Source: Macrostomum lignano
Lineage: Eukaryota
NCBI GenBank assembly: GCA_002269645.1
Contig: NIVC01000648.1
Coordinates: 73,829-137,828 of the forward strand
DNA length: 64,000 nucleotides
Reading direction: 5' to 3'
Below are positions 11,485 through 22,308 of this stretch, in pieces. Both the position numbers and the translations under genes were made by a program. The notes below the pieces were generated by a model. That model saw nothing but the letters and a program-made list of their open reading frames with translations. It ran no database searches and had not been told where the DNA came from. Numbering within the stretch: the first letter of the stretch is position 1; every line of letters starts with the position of its first letter.

Positions 11485-14400
11485 CGCTGTCGCGCAGTTG
11501 CAGGTTCGCGACTCGATTCTCTTGCTGGGCGGCCTGCACGGCAGACTGCTGAGGTGGTCGCGCGCGACCAGCTAAAATTTGAAGAATTGTCGGAAGCATT
11601 TTTGCATTCTAATTAAAAAACTATAAGCATTCTATTGGAAGCTCACACCCAGAGCCCAGTGAGAGAGCTAATTGCCTTTGAAAGCGACGCAAATTAAGCG
11701 AAAAACACAGAAATCTTAATGCTGAGAAACTCGGGAAAAGGGGGAATGAATCCGAAATGGCTGGTGCTTCAAACAGCCGTCGCAAAGCCGTCAGTTTTGC
11801 GTGATCGACAAGTTTTACTGCCTTAACTTTTCGTTCTCTTTGTACATTGTACATCCGTCGTGCGAATTGATGGCTAAACTGATGGTGATGAAAATGAGCC
11901 TCAAATCCTGGCTAGATAATGATATGTTAGATAATTCATTTCACGAAACATAAAAACGTCAATCAATATGCCGACGTCGGTTATGGCTCAAAAACCAAAT
12001 ACCGCAGTACTCTCTTATAGCTTTCCAGACAAGCAGAAGAACGGCGAGGTGTGCAATTCTGCCAAGCGTTTGTAATTGTTCTAAAAATAAAATTGTGCGC
12101 TTGAGAAAGTCTCAAACACGCTTGATCTGTAAAAACTTCAACTAGGCGTTTGTGTCTGGGATTCTGGAACCCATCCAGAATGCTAGGTTTCCGGCATCAC
12201 ATACTCTATAGACTGAGGGTTTGCATCCTTTTTGCATTTTAACATTAAAATCGGGCAAATCAGTGGCGTCGCCACCGGGGGGACATGTTCCCCCAGTAAA
12301 AGCTATGGGAGGACATACCAATGCTTTGTCCCCCACCCCACCTTGGGACCCGTTGTGGAAATCAAAAAAAATTTCTTCAGGACGCCAAAATGAGTGCCTT
12401 TGGCGCCAAAATGAGCGCTGACAACACCAACTCTCAAAATAATGGACACGTAGGAATTTAGTCATGTACGTGTACATGTTGAATTCTTGGCTTTGTCGCT
12501 CCACCATAAAATCCATGGCGATGCCCCTGGGACAGATGTCTACAAAAAGCTCTCTTTGTACTTTGCGGCGATAAAAAAATTCAGATTCATTAGCTACTAC
12601 TTAAAATAGTAGCTACAACAGACAGACCATCATCAAGCTCTGAGTTTTGTCAAAGACTGAGAGCTAGCATAATTCAATGAAGCGTCAATAAATGTGGATT
12701 CAATTCAATTTATAATTCATAATTCAATAAATTGATACCGTCTGACTGGAGCATAATTCGGTGTTTAGTTATCAATTGTCAGTAACATTTGTAGCACTGA
12801 TGTTTTCAACCTTTTTCATGTATAAATTTCAAGTTCGGATGTCCAATTCTAGCCTCGCTTGCCTTTGAGTCGAGTTTCCCGGTCAGATCAATTAAGGTTA
12901 TCATACAAAGCAATGGCAAATGTGGCAAACTGCAGTAACTACGTGTCAGAGGGCAAGCCTGACGATTTTGTGTCTCATACCACTTCGCTTATCAGTTGCG
13001 CATGTTCCTTACATGCAATAAGTGAGCGATTGACAAGTTTCCAATATACAAAAACTATGGCGTGAAGTTTTTGCAGAATATTTTAAGCGGGGAAGAATTC
13101 ACGTCCTCGAGCATTAGCGTTTAGCGTGCTAGCGCACCCGTTCCAGTACATGTTGTACTGTAAATCGCATTTTACTACATGTATGCATGCGGCACCATTC
13201 AAGGACAAGAGCTACCTTTTCATGCCAAAATTAATAGGATTTTAAATACTTTTGAGATAGGCCACTCATTGAATTCTAAGAAGCCAGAGAATCTCATGTG
13301 AATTTGGCGAAAGCACCGGTTGTTAAACTACTGAACTCAATTTAACGAGCGTATATATGCATTGTTATCGTAGTTTAATCGCATTCAGAAAATATACTCA
13401 GCAACATTGAAAAGTCGCCACTCTATGCGCCAATGAGCAATTTCTCTTGGACTATTCTGAAATAAACTCTGAAACTGAGGCGTAGCTTTAATCCATCTAA
13501 CCCTCACACACCGCGATCCCCCGACTTCATTCCTCAACTCAAGTCTGCCGTGGCGTAGCTAAGTTGCGTCACTCGCAAAGATTGAGAGACTACCTGCACT
13601 CTAGAAAGTGACGACCACAGACGGAATCTTCTGTGATGGCGACTTTTCAATGTTGCTGCAGAGTATACTTTTAAAACGTGACGAAATCACGAAAACTATG
13701 AATACAAGCCGTGTCAACCAGTCTAGCATGTCAAGCGTGACAAAACCGTTTACAAGCTTGTTCGTCGTTTTCTTTCGTGCTCTCGCAGATCTGACAGCTT
13801 TTGCTTCCAAACAGACTTTTCCGACTTTAGTCGCTGCCTCAACTGCAACCGCATTCGTACTATCGTTACACCCTCCGTTCTTGGACACGCGCATCTCAAA
13901 GTTAGATAGCCATGCTCATGTATGAAAGAATCCTTCATCCGAAGGCCATGCTTCTTTTCAGTTGAATAACAAAACAACGTCGATGTCCAAAAAGCTATTT
14001 AATTTAAAGCTCAGTACTACTGGTAGGTTTTTTGCCAAATCAAACAACTCACTGTCTAATTTGTCCTGTCGCGACTTTCTGAATCATTTCTAAGTTCATC
14101 TGCACTTGTCTATGTTTACTCTGTTTTCTTTCCCTCTCTAGTCTAGTTCAATCTTGTTCCTTTTATCTCTCTCCCTTACTGCCTTCTGATTGGCTCTTCA
14201 ATCTCCCTTTTTTCAATAGTCGCACACTCCACCCCTCCTTGTCTTATCTTGAACTCAACCCCTCCCCCTTAGTTTGACATAAATACATGTATACCCGTTT
14301 AGGCCTGCACCCCACTTGCAGCTATTTTAACTCTATGAAAATCGCCCGCCGAGGTTTGCCCGCAGTGCTTTTTTATGCATTTAGCCATGCGGTAGATTTT

Positions 14401-17400
14401 TTCTACATTGCCCCCCCCCAATCTTAGAAAATCTTAAGACAAATCTTAGAGATTTAGTATAGGTGGATAAAGAGATTTTAGGGGACAAAGCTACATGGCA
14501 TATGCATGCATGAATTATAATAACTCACAGATGTACCCCTGTGGCCTGTATGTATATAGAAATGAAAACCTACAAGAAAAATAAGAATTTGATATGCAGT
14601 TACTATCGAAACGTTTTGATCGGGTAAATCTCTTTATTAATTAAAACTTACTAAAGATTTAGGGAGAAAAAATCTGCCGCGTGGCAAAATGCAGAAAAAA
14701 AGCAATGCGGGCAAACCTCGGCGGGCAATTCTCATTGAACTAGTTTTTATAGACAAATTTTATACAGAGCCTACCATGTGTCCCAAAAATCTACCATTTA
14801 ATTGACTCTTGTTTGACACTCCTACGCCGTAATCTCTAAACTATGCTGCATACCGATAGAAAACATCTATAAATTTCATCTACATTCGATTCGAGCACCG
14901 GCTACAGCAGCTATAGCCCATGAAAATTGGCAGAACTAATTAACCTTGCACATAGACAGATGAAGACCATAGCCAGCATCTTCCAGATCGGATTGCATTC
15001 CTTCTATGGTGTCCACATCCCATTTGCAATTGCTATTTATTAAGTGTATATATCTCGCCCATTTCAATTTCAATCGGGGTTGTAGCTTAGTGCTTAGTGG
15101 ACTCACGACTGAAAGGTCGGGGGTTCTATTCTCGGCCTCATTCGGAACAATTGGTGTGTTCTTGAGCAAGGCACTTAACTCTGCATTGCTTCAGTTCACC
15201 CAACTGTAAAATGGGTGCCAGAATTAGCTGGGGTAATAGAGGGTGTGTGTGGCGACCCCCGCAGTCCTTGGACTGAACAGCCGTACGCAGCCTTCAGATG
15301 TGCACGCAATAGCTGCGGCTGAGCTTTCGGTTGCACATCTGCCCATTTAGCAAGTGTAATCGAATATTATTAATAATTATTACAAATATTTTAATTATAC
15401 TGCGAGATATCTACCCGATCGTCAATATCTAATCTTGAAACTTAAAAAGCAACTCATAAAGATATATCGTACTTAACAGCTTGCCTGTTTGGCGTAGAAT
15501 TTTGTCGACCGGCAAAGAACGCTGCTTTGACTGTTGCTGCTGCTTGCGCTGCAGATAGTGCACCGGATCCTGCAAACGCGAGCTTCTGAATTGCTCCTTC
15601 TGCTGATCACTGCCAGTCAGATTAAAATTGGTATTCGAAGAGTTCGACTGCTGCTTCTGCGGCTGCTGCAGTTGACTGCCTGCAGAGACGCCTGTAACTG
15701 CATGAGAAGCCGTCGGCGATTCGACAGAACCGCCGCCTTGAGCTGCCAGCCCGTTTCGAAGCTCAGTCAGCATGCGTAGTGCGTCGTCAACAGATCGACC
15801 GACTGGCATGTCGTTGATGGTCACCTGGCAGATTGTCTTGTTTCGGTCAATCAGAAAGGTGCCTCTGTGCAGAAGCGAGTACGAAAGAAATATCGTGTAC
15901 GAAATATAAAAGGGAAATGTAAGGAATATAGAGTGGAAAATAAGCAATGCTTTCTACTCAATGAGATGACTTTTTTGAGTAGACAAACTTTATCTTGCAT
16001 GTTGGAACTCCATCAAGTAGTGACGGTTATCTAACAGGTTGAGAACTCCAACGAGCAGGGTAAGTATAGCTAGGGGGGAGGGTAGCCCAGTTGTCCAGCG
16101 CGGTGCTCTGATGTGCCAGCGACCTAGGCTCGATTCCAAGTGCAGTCACATTAATTTTTGGGCTAAACTGGAATCTTGGTTTGGCTCTGCTCGTGCAATT
16201 AACGCCATTAAGGACCAACCTCCCAAGGCGCAGTGAAGTGTACATGCCTAACGATAAATAAAGTTAGGGCCGCTGTGCAATCCTGTGTGAGTGTGTGCCT
16301 GTGCGTATGACTGCGTACGAATCCGCACGCTTGTGTGCCTGCTCAGGGGAGTCGGCGGAATGGGCGGAATGCCTCTCGCCGGTTGTGTGACAATTTCGCT
16401 TGAAGTTCGCCAGGGTGCACACAGCCCCTGCTCTAATAAAATTGTTAAATATTTCTAATGGTCCTTGCTCTGTGCATGCAAGAATTTTAATGAGATTCAA
16501 CCGACACTTTCATTTATTTCATTTTGCTCATTTTTCAGTTGGTTTAAATTTGTCTGCACAGTCGATTGTAACAAGTGGCGCAGCCACATGCATACCTGTA
16601 GGCAGCGCCGCTAGCCGCAAGAACACCGTACGCCCTTGAGATCTCGTGCGACCTGTCGCTCAGCAGGACGATGGACTCGGCATTGCTGCCGGCTCCCAGG
16701 CCCCGTTCAGCTTTTGGCGCCTTCAACCAGGCCAGGTGAGTGTACACCGAGTCAGTGGAGCAGCACACAATGTTGCAGCTTGCGCAGCGAATTCGGAGAA
16801 CTTTTCCGTGAATTGCACTATTTCGGTTGGGCAGACGAATGTGCTGGAATGTTTAGACATATAGCATATACTATTATTAATAATAATATTCAGGCACGTC
16901 GCCACCGGATAGGACGGGAGGGGGACATGTCCCCCCCCCCCGATAAAATCTCTGAGGGGAACATGCCAATGCTTTGGCGCCTTCGGCGCTAAAATGAGTG
17001 CCTTCGGCGCTAAAATGAGTGCCTGCGGCGCTAAAATAAGTGCCTTCGGCGCTAAAATGAGTGCCTGCGGCGCCAAAATAAGTGCCTGCGGCGCTAGAAG
17101 GAATGCCTGCGGCGCTAAAAGAAATGCTTGCGGCGTCAAAATGAGTGCCTGCGGCGCCAAAATGAGTGCCAAAATTTAGTGGACATGTGCATGTTGAATT
17201 CTTGGCTTTGTCTCCCGAACATAAAATCCATGGCGACTCCCCTGATAATATTATTATTAAGTGTACACGTCGAGGGTGATAATTTTGATAGTGTATAATA
17301 TTAGAAAAAGCAAAAAATAAATAAAATGACAGAAAACATAAATATAAGGTTAGTAAATAAAGACATTTTTTGAGATGATACTGCATGGTGAACGCACTTT

Positions 17401-18002
17401 AGGTTCAGTATTATAAAGTCTACACAAAAGTTCCTACGACAGGACATTTGCCACAGGATTCACTCAGAAACACTTAAACTAAAGTTGAAATACGTCATTT
17501 AATCAGCTGTAGTCTGGCTTGTGGGTGCGCGTGCACTTAGATGTGCACGTCTGGCTGGTTTGGGGGTTGGGGTTTAGCGCTGCAGCGTCTGCGTGCTTAG
17601 GGTGGTTACACCCACCCAACTTTGGCATTAAATATATTGGCGTGAGCCAGTGAGGTCTCCTCACGTTTTGTTATTCACTGCAATTCAACCCACGGTCTTA
17701 CACAGCAATGATTGTGCATTTATTGGACGCGTTTTAAAGAATGGCCCTTACTCCCCACAAAGTGGTACTTGTACTCCCAATTACTCCATGTTATGTAATT
17801 TTAACTGTGTTACTCGGATTTTAATAATTCAAATTGGCACAACTAAGAAGTGAACTTACAAGTCAGCCGGGTAGAACACTAGTACAAGATAATCGGCACC
17901 TTTGAGGGCCTCGTCCAGAGTCAAATCGACAATTTCACCGCGACGAACAGCCTGGCTGAGCAACGGCGGCGCCGTGTCTCCGGGAGCAAGATGTGCTGGC
18001 AT
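11485..18002 (-). CDS. Peroxiredoxin (AhpC/Prx1-type)-like protein with a C-terminal low-complexity extension; exons 18002-17860, 16843-16596, 15864-15485, 11571-11485 (into gap)
   Basis: Spliced translation: MPAHLAPGDTAPP...LVFYPADF|TFVCPTEIVQF...CNIVCCSTDSVYTHLAW...LLSDRSHEISRAYGVL...R|GTFLIDRNKTICQVTINDMPVGRSVDDALR. Splice phases all match. One 1-bp deletion at ~16779. The link to the last exon uses a GC donor at 15484 and is less certain. Confidence 0.88.
12261..12529. mobile_element. hAT-type MITE (family shared with 16891-17244)
   Basis: TIRs cagtggcgtcgcca / tggcgatgcccctg; degenerate 8-bp TSD gggcaaat/ggacagat; short internal gcgccaaaatgagtgcc array. Confidence 0.75.
14329..14740. 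mobile_element. MITE with ~80-bp terminal inverted repeats
   Basis: gcccgccgaggtttgcccgcagtgc...gtagattttttct mirrors agaaaaaatctgc...gcaatgcgggcaaacctcggcgggc. Confidence 0.7.
15077..15260 (+). mobile_element. tRNA-derived SINE with a CORE-like central domain
   Basis: tRNA-like head (tgtagcttagtg...gggttctattc) followed by cttgagcaaggcacttaactc...cagttcacccaactgtaaaatgggt, which resembles the MIR/CORE-type motif. Confidence 0.65.
16074..16441 (+). mobile_element. tRNA-derived SINE, ~360 bp (same family as 49994-50353)
   Basis: A-box-like tagcccagttg and B-box-like ggctcgattcc; ends ctctaataaaa; similar along its whole length to the inverted copy at 49994-50353. Confidence 0.8.
16891..17244. 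mobile_element. hAT-type MITE carrying an expanded 21-bp internal array
   Basis: TIRs caggcacgtcgcca / tggcgactcccctg; perfect 8-bp TSD ATAATATT on both sides; about 9 copies of gcc(t/tt)cggcgctaaaatgagt. Confidence 0.88.
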
Positions 18003-18609
18003 GCCTTCCTGATGCAATAAATATGTGTATTAATATCCAAATATTTATATAGTTTTGAATTGCCCAATCTTACTAAGCTAACAGCGCTTTGACTGGCACC
18101 CAAAATGACATCCTATTTGTCTATTTGTCTTTATTGAAAACGAGAGAGAAGATTAATTAGTACAAATAGTATGACCATGGCCACAGACAGAATGTTCGCG
18201 TTCCAAAGCGTGTGTACTCAGCCAAGCAAAATGCCAACATCTCTGCTCTACCCGATCTTACACTGCGGCGAGCCTCTCTGACCCGCAGAAGTTGCAGAAG
18301 ACTGCGGACTCCATGTTTACAGATTACTCAAGTTTGAAAGTTGGTGAAGGTCTTAAGATCCCAAGCCCCAATATTTTTTATAAAATTATTGATACTTCAA
18401 ATGAAACGTGAATTACAGAAGTATTCGGAACCTAAATTTAATGGCATCTAGATTAGAATGATCTGCAATTTGGCATCCGGGATCCAAATTCAAAACGCCA
18501 AAATTAAACTTGATGCGTCGTAACACACGTTGACGCTATGGCACAAAAAACCTAATTCCAACCAATTGTATTTATTTTAAGTACTACAAATTATCTATAT
18601 ATCTACTCG

Positions 18610-19215
18610 TACATGGGGTCTACGACAAGTGACCGCCACAATTTGACCGCCGACAATTTTGCCACTGGCAGTTTCACTGCCGGATTTTTGGGACCAACAA
18701 TTTGATCGCCCTACATGTATTTTCATTTATAATCATTGACATTTTGAATTGTCAAAATGTTATTAACTACCTCTTGCTGGTTCAATGCATTTTACCCTAG
18801 CCCCTAAGCCAAATAATTAAAAAAGATCTGATGCTCAGAAAAGGCAACAAATTATACTTCATTTTCAATTTACGGCACTTCAACATTGAAACTCTACAGT
18901 CTATTTGTAATTTTTACAGTTTACAGTATAATTCTAAGGAATGGGATCTAAGAAATATTCTACCAGAAAATGTTCTGGTAGAACAAAATATCTTCCTCGA
19001 GAAACCCTTCCTTTGAGTATAGTATAGTCATTATGCAGTTTTTAAACTATCTAGAAATGTCACTTCCTCAAAAAGTCTCAAGTACATAATAACAGCTAGC
19101 ATGTTCACAATTTTAAAGAATGACCAACATCGCCGCAGAAAATAGGACGATCAAACTTCTGGGGTCCCAAATATTCCGGTCAAATTGTGGAGGTCAATTG
19201 CTGGTCTCCATCTAC
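18610..19215. mobile_element. MITE-like element with degenerate long TIRs
   Basis: gaccgccacaatttgaccg (~18631) is the reverse complement of cggtcaaattgtgg(a)ggtc (~19177); the adjacent ggtcccaaa / tttgatcg motifs are also mirrored. Confidence 0.55.
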
Positions 19216-19397
19216 ATGTGTCATGGATTCGTCTTTTATAAAGAAACTTCTGACATCACGATTCCGAATAAGTCAGTGCTCAGAATTTTCGACGGGACAT
19301 CAAGAGTTCGGGAGGGAGCTGATTCTGGGTTCGACAAGATCTGGATCTTGAAATCTCGAAAACTTCTAAAGATTCAAGAAGACTTCTTATCTTCTAC

Positions 19398-20215
<818 letters not shown>

Positions 20216-20278
20216 CTGAATTTCATTTGGAAAATCACGTCGCGTAAAAATTCTGAAAGCTATTCAATTTGACTAACA

Positions 20279-21484
20279 TGTAGTGTGAGCATCTTTTGCG
20301 TGTATTTGTTAGTTAATTGATTGTATTAGTTTCTATATTGTTAATTATTATTTTGCTTCAATTTAGTCACGCGGTCTAATGTACTTTTTTTCTTGTTAGT
20401 TAAAATCTAAATTTGTAAACAGGTTAGAAGTCAGACACCAATTCTGTGACTCAGCGGAGGGTTGAGTTTTTCTGCGAACCCCAGCTTTGCGCGGCCAGCC
20501 AATCAGAACCGGCCTGGACCCTGGCACGCGGCAAAATCCAAGTCTACCCGGCGCCGCGGGCACAGTGCAAATCAGCTTAGCGGGCGGCCGGCCAGACGAC
20601 CACCACCCGGCTTGAGGGGGGTGGTTTGAGGGTTTGACTCTGACTATATATGAAAGTGTGTTTGGCAATCGGATCTCACTTTTCCTTTTCCCTCTCTCGC
20701 TTCTGTTTTTCCGTCCCCGGTCTTGATTTTTGTCCCGGCTTTCCGGCCGCTTGCCCTTGTTTTGGTTCGCGCTTTGAGGCGTTTGAGTTCATCACCCCCG
20801 GTCCATATTTTTGTCCCCGCCCGACCGCTTCAGTCTTGTAGCGTAACGTCTACGGCAAACTTCTGTCTGAAGTCGTCGCTATCAAGCGCGGTTAGATAGA
20901 GACTGTCGGATTTGACCAAGTACGTGGCCTCGATCCTGAGGGCCTCAGTGTCACACTGAAGGGCAGCGCTGATAGAACTTAGTCAGTGCTCCGTTGAACG
21001 GTCAATTCGGCAGGGCTCTCGTTGAGTGTAGGTTCTGGTTTAGGCCAGGGGTTAGGAGTCTTCTCCGTGGTCGTGTTCGATTTTTCTTCTTCAAGCTGAG
21101 ATCTGCTTGCCATTGCGTAACTAAGTTATTATTAATCGTTTGTCTCGTTATTATTTTCCGCTATTATCAGTTCGAAATTATCTGCGCCGCGAATTGCATT
21201 GAAGCTTGTAACTTGAAGTAATCAAATTAAATCGTCTAGCCAATTATCAGTCTGTATCATATAGGATTATCACTCTCTAAATCTATTCGGTTCGTGTTCA
21301 TCTGCGTTCTTCCTTTCCTTGTGCCGTACTGTGACTGTTGGAGAAAGACTGGTAGGACTCGCCGACCGGCGATAGGCAATTAGGGCCAATAGCTTTAAAA
21401 TCTCCGAACGCTCCAAGTAGGTTTGTCTGGGGCCTAAATAATTGCTTATCGTGCATGCTATATACATTTATTGTATCTATCACA
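20279..21484. mobile_element. Probable solo LTR (1206 bp)
   Basis: Starts TGTAGTG, ends ATCACA, flanked by a 4-bp direct repeat AACA/AACA; internal TATA-like tatatatgaaag at ~20645; no coding capacity. Confidence 0.5.
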
Positions 21485-22308
21485 AACAGTAGACTAGAGC
21501 AAAAATATCATGCGAGCGTAGTTTTTCTAACATTTAAAACCGGGAGATTGTGCACAATCATTATGCATGGAAATTTGGTTTGTAATTTTTTATTTTTTTC
21601 TGCGGGAGATTTTGCTGTCACGTCAATGATCGCATCAGCAATCCCATTTGGCAGATTTTAAAAGTGCGGGTTCTTTTAGGTCTCAGGGCCCGAAATCTAT
21701 CTGAAAATCTGCCGTAGATACCAACAGTAGAACAACAGTTTTTGTTCTCAAGAAATAAAAAAATGCATCGAATGTGCATTATGCTTAAAACGATTTGTGT
21801 ACATTATTTTAGTACATGTTTATTGTAAACATCCTTAAATTTAAAAATGAAATATTGCGTATTTGACTAAGTTAAAACGTTTGAATCATTGTTATAATAA
21901 TCGTAAATACCTCTGACTTACACAGTTTAACCCTAATCTGTGTAACTATTGCTACTCGCACAATTCAAACTATGCGTGCTATTTGTCCATATACTAAAAT
22001 GGTTTGTCGGCATCTATGACTGTCGGTATGTGATCGATTTCAGAAAGAACGACTCAACCGATATTATTCGAACTTGCACCATTCGGTCAAACATTTTCCC
22101 GTGCCGGTACATGTGTCTTGGCTATTTGTTTGAACAAAAGATTCTCCTCAAAGAAATTGTGCGGAGGCAGTTCAGAGGCAGTCACAACATTCCAACTGAC
22201 TGCGAAATCACTAGAACGCATCTACACGAGTGAATTAATTGTGAGTAGGAGTAAATAAATAAGCGTATATTTCAGTCAAAAACAGCTCAGTCACGAAATC
22301 ATGGAAAT

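Noticed and set aside
13601-13977. ORFs in the long Prx-like intron
   Set aside because: No motif and no flanking splice sites that fit the gene model.
16074-16150. tRNA genes at 15077, 16074 and 50353
   Set aside because: Only A/B-box remnants with no complete cloverleaf; each continues into a SINE body.
16723-17386. ORFs with ALILAPQ / GTHFSAAG repeats
   Set aside because: Translation of the 21-bp array inside the MITE; only the TFVCPTE part is real coding sequence.
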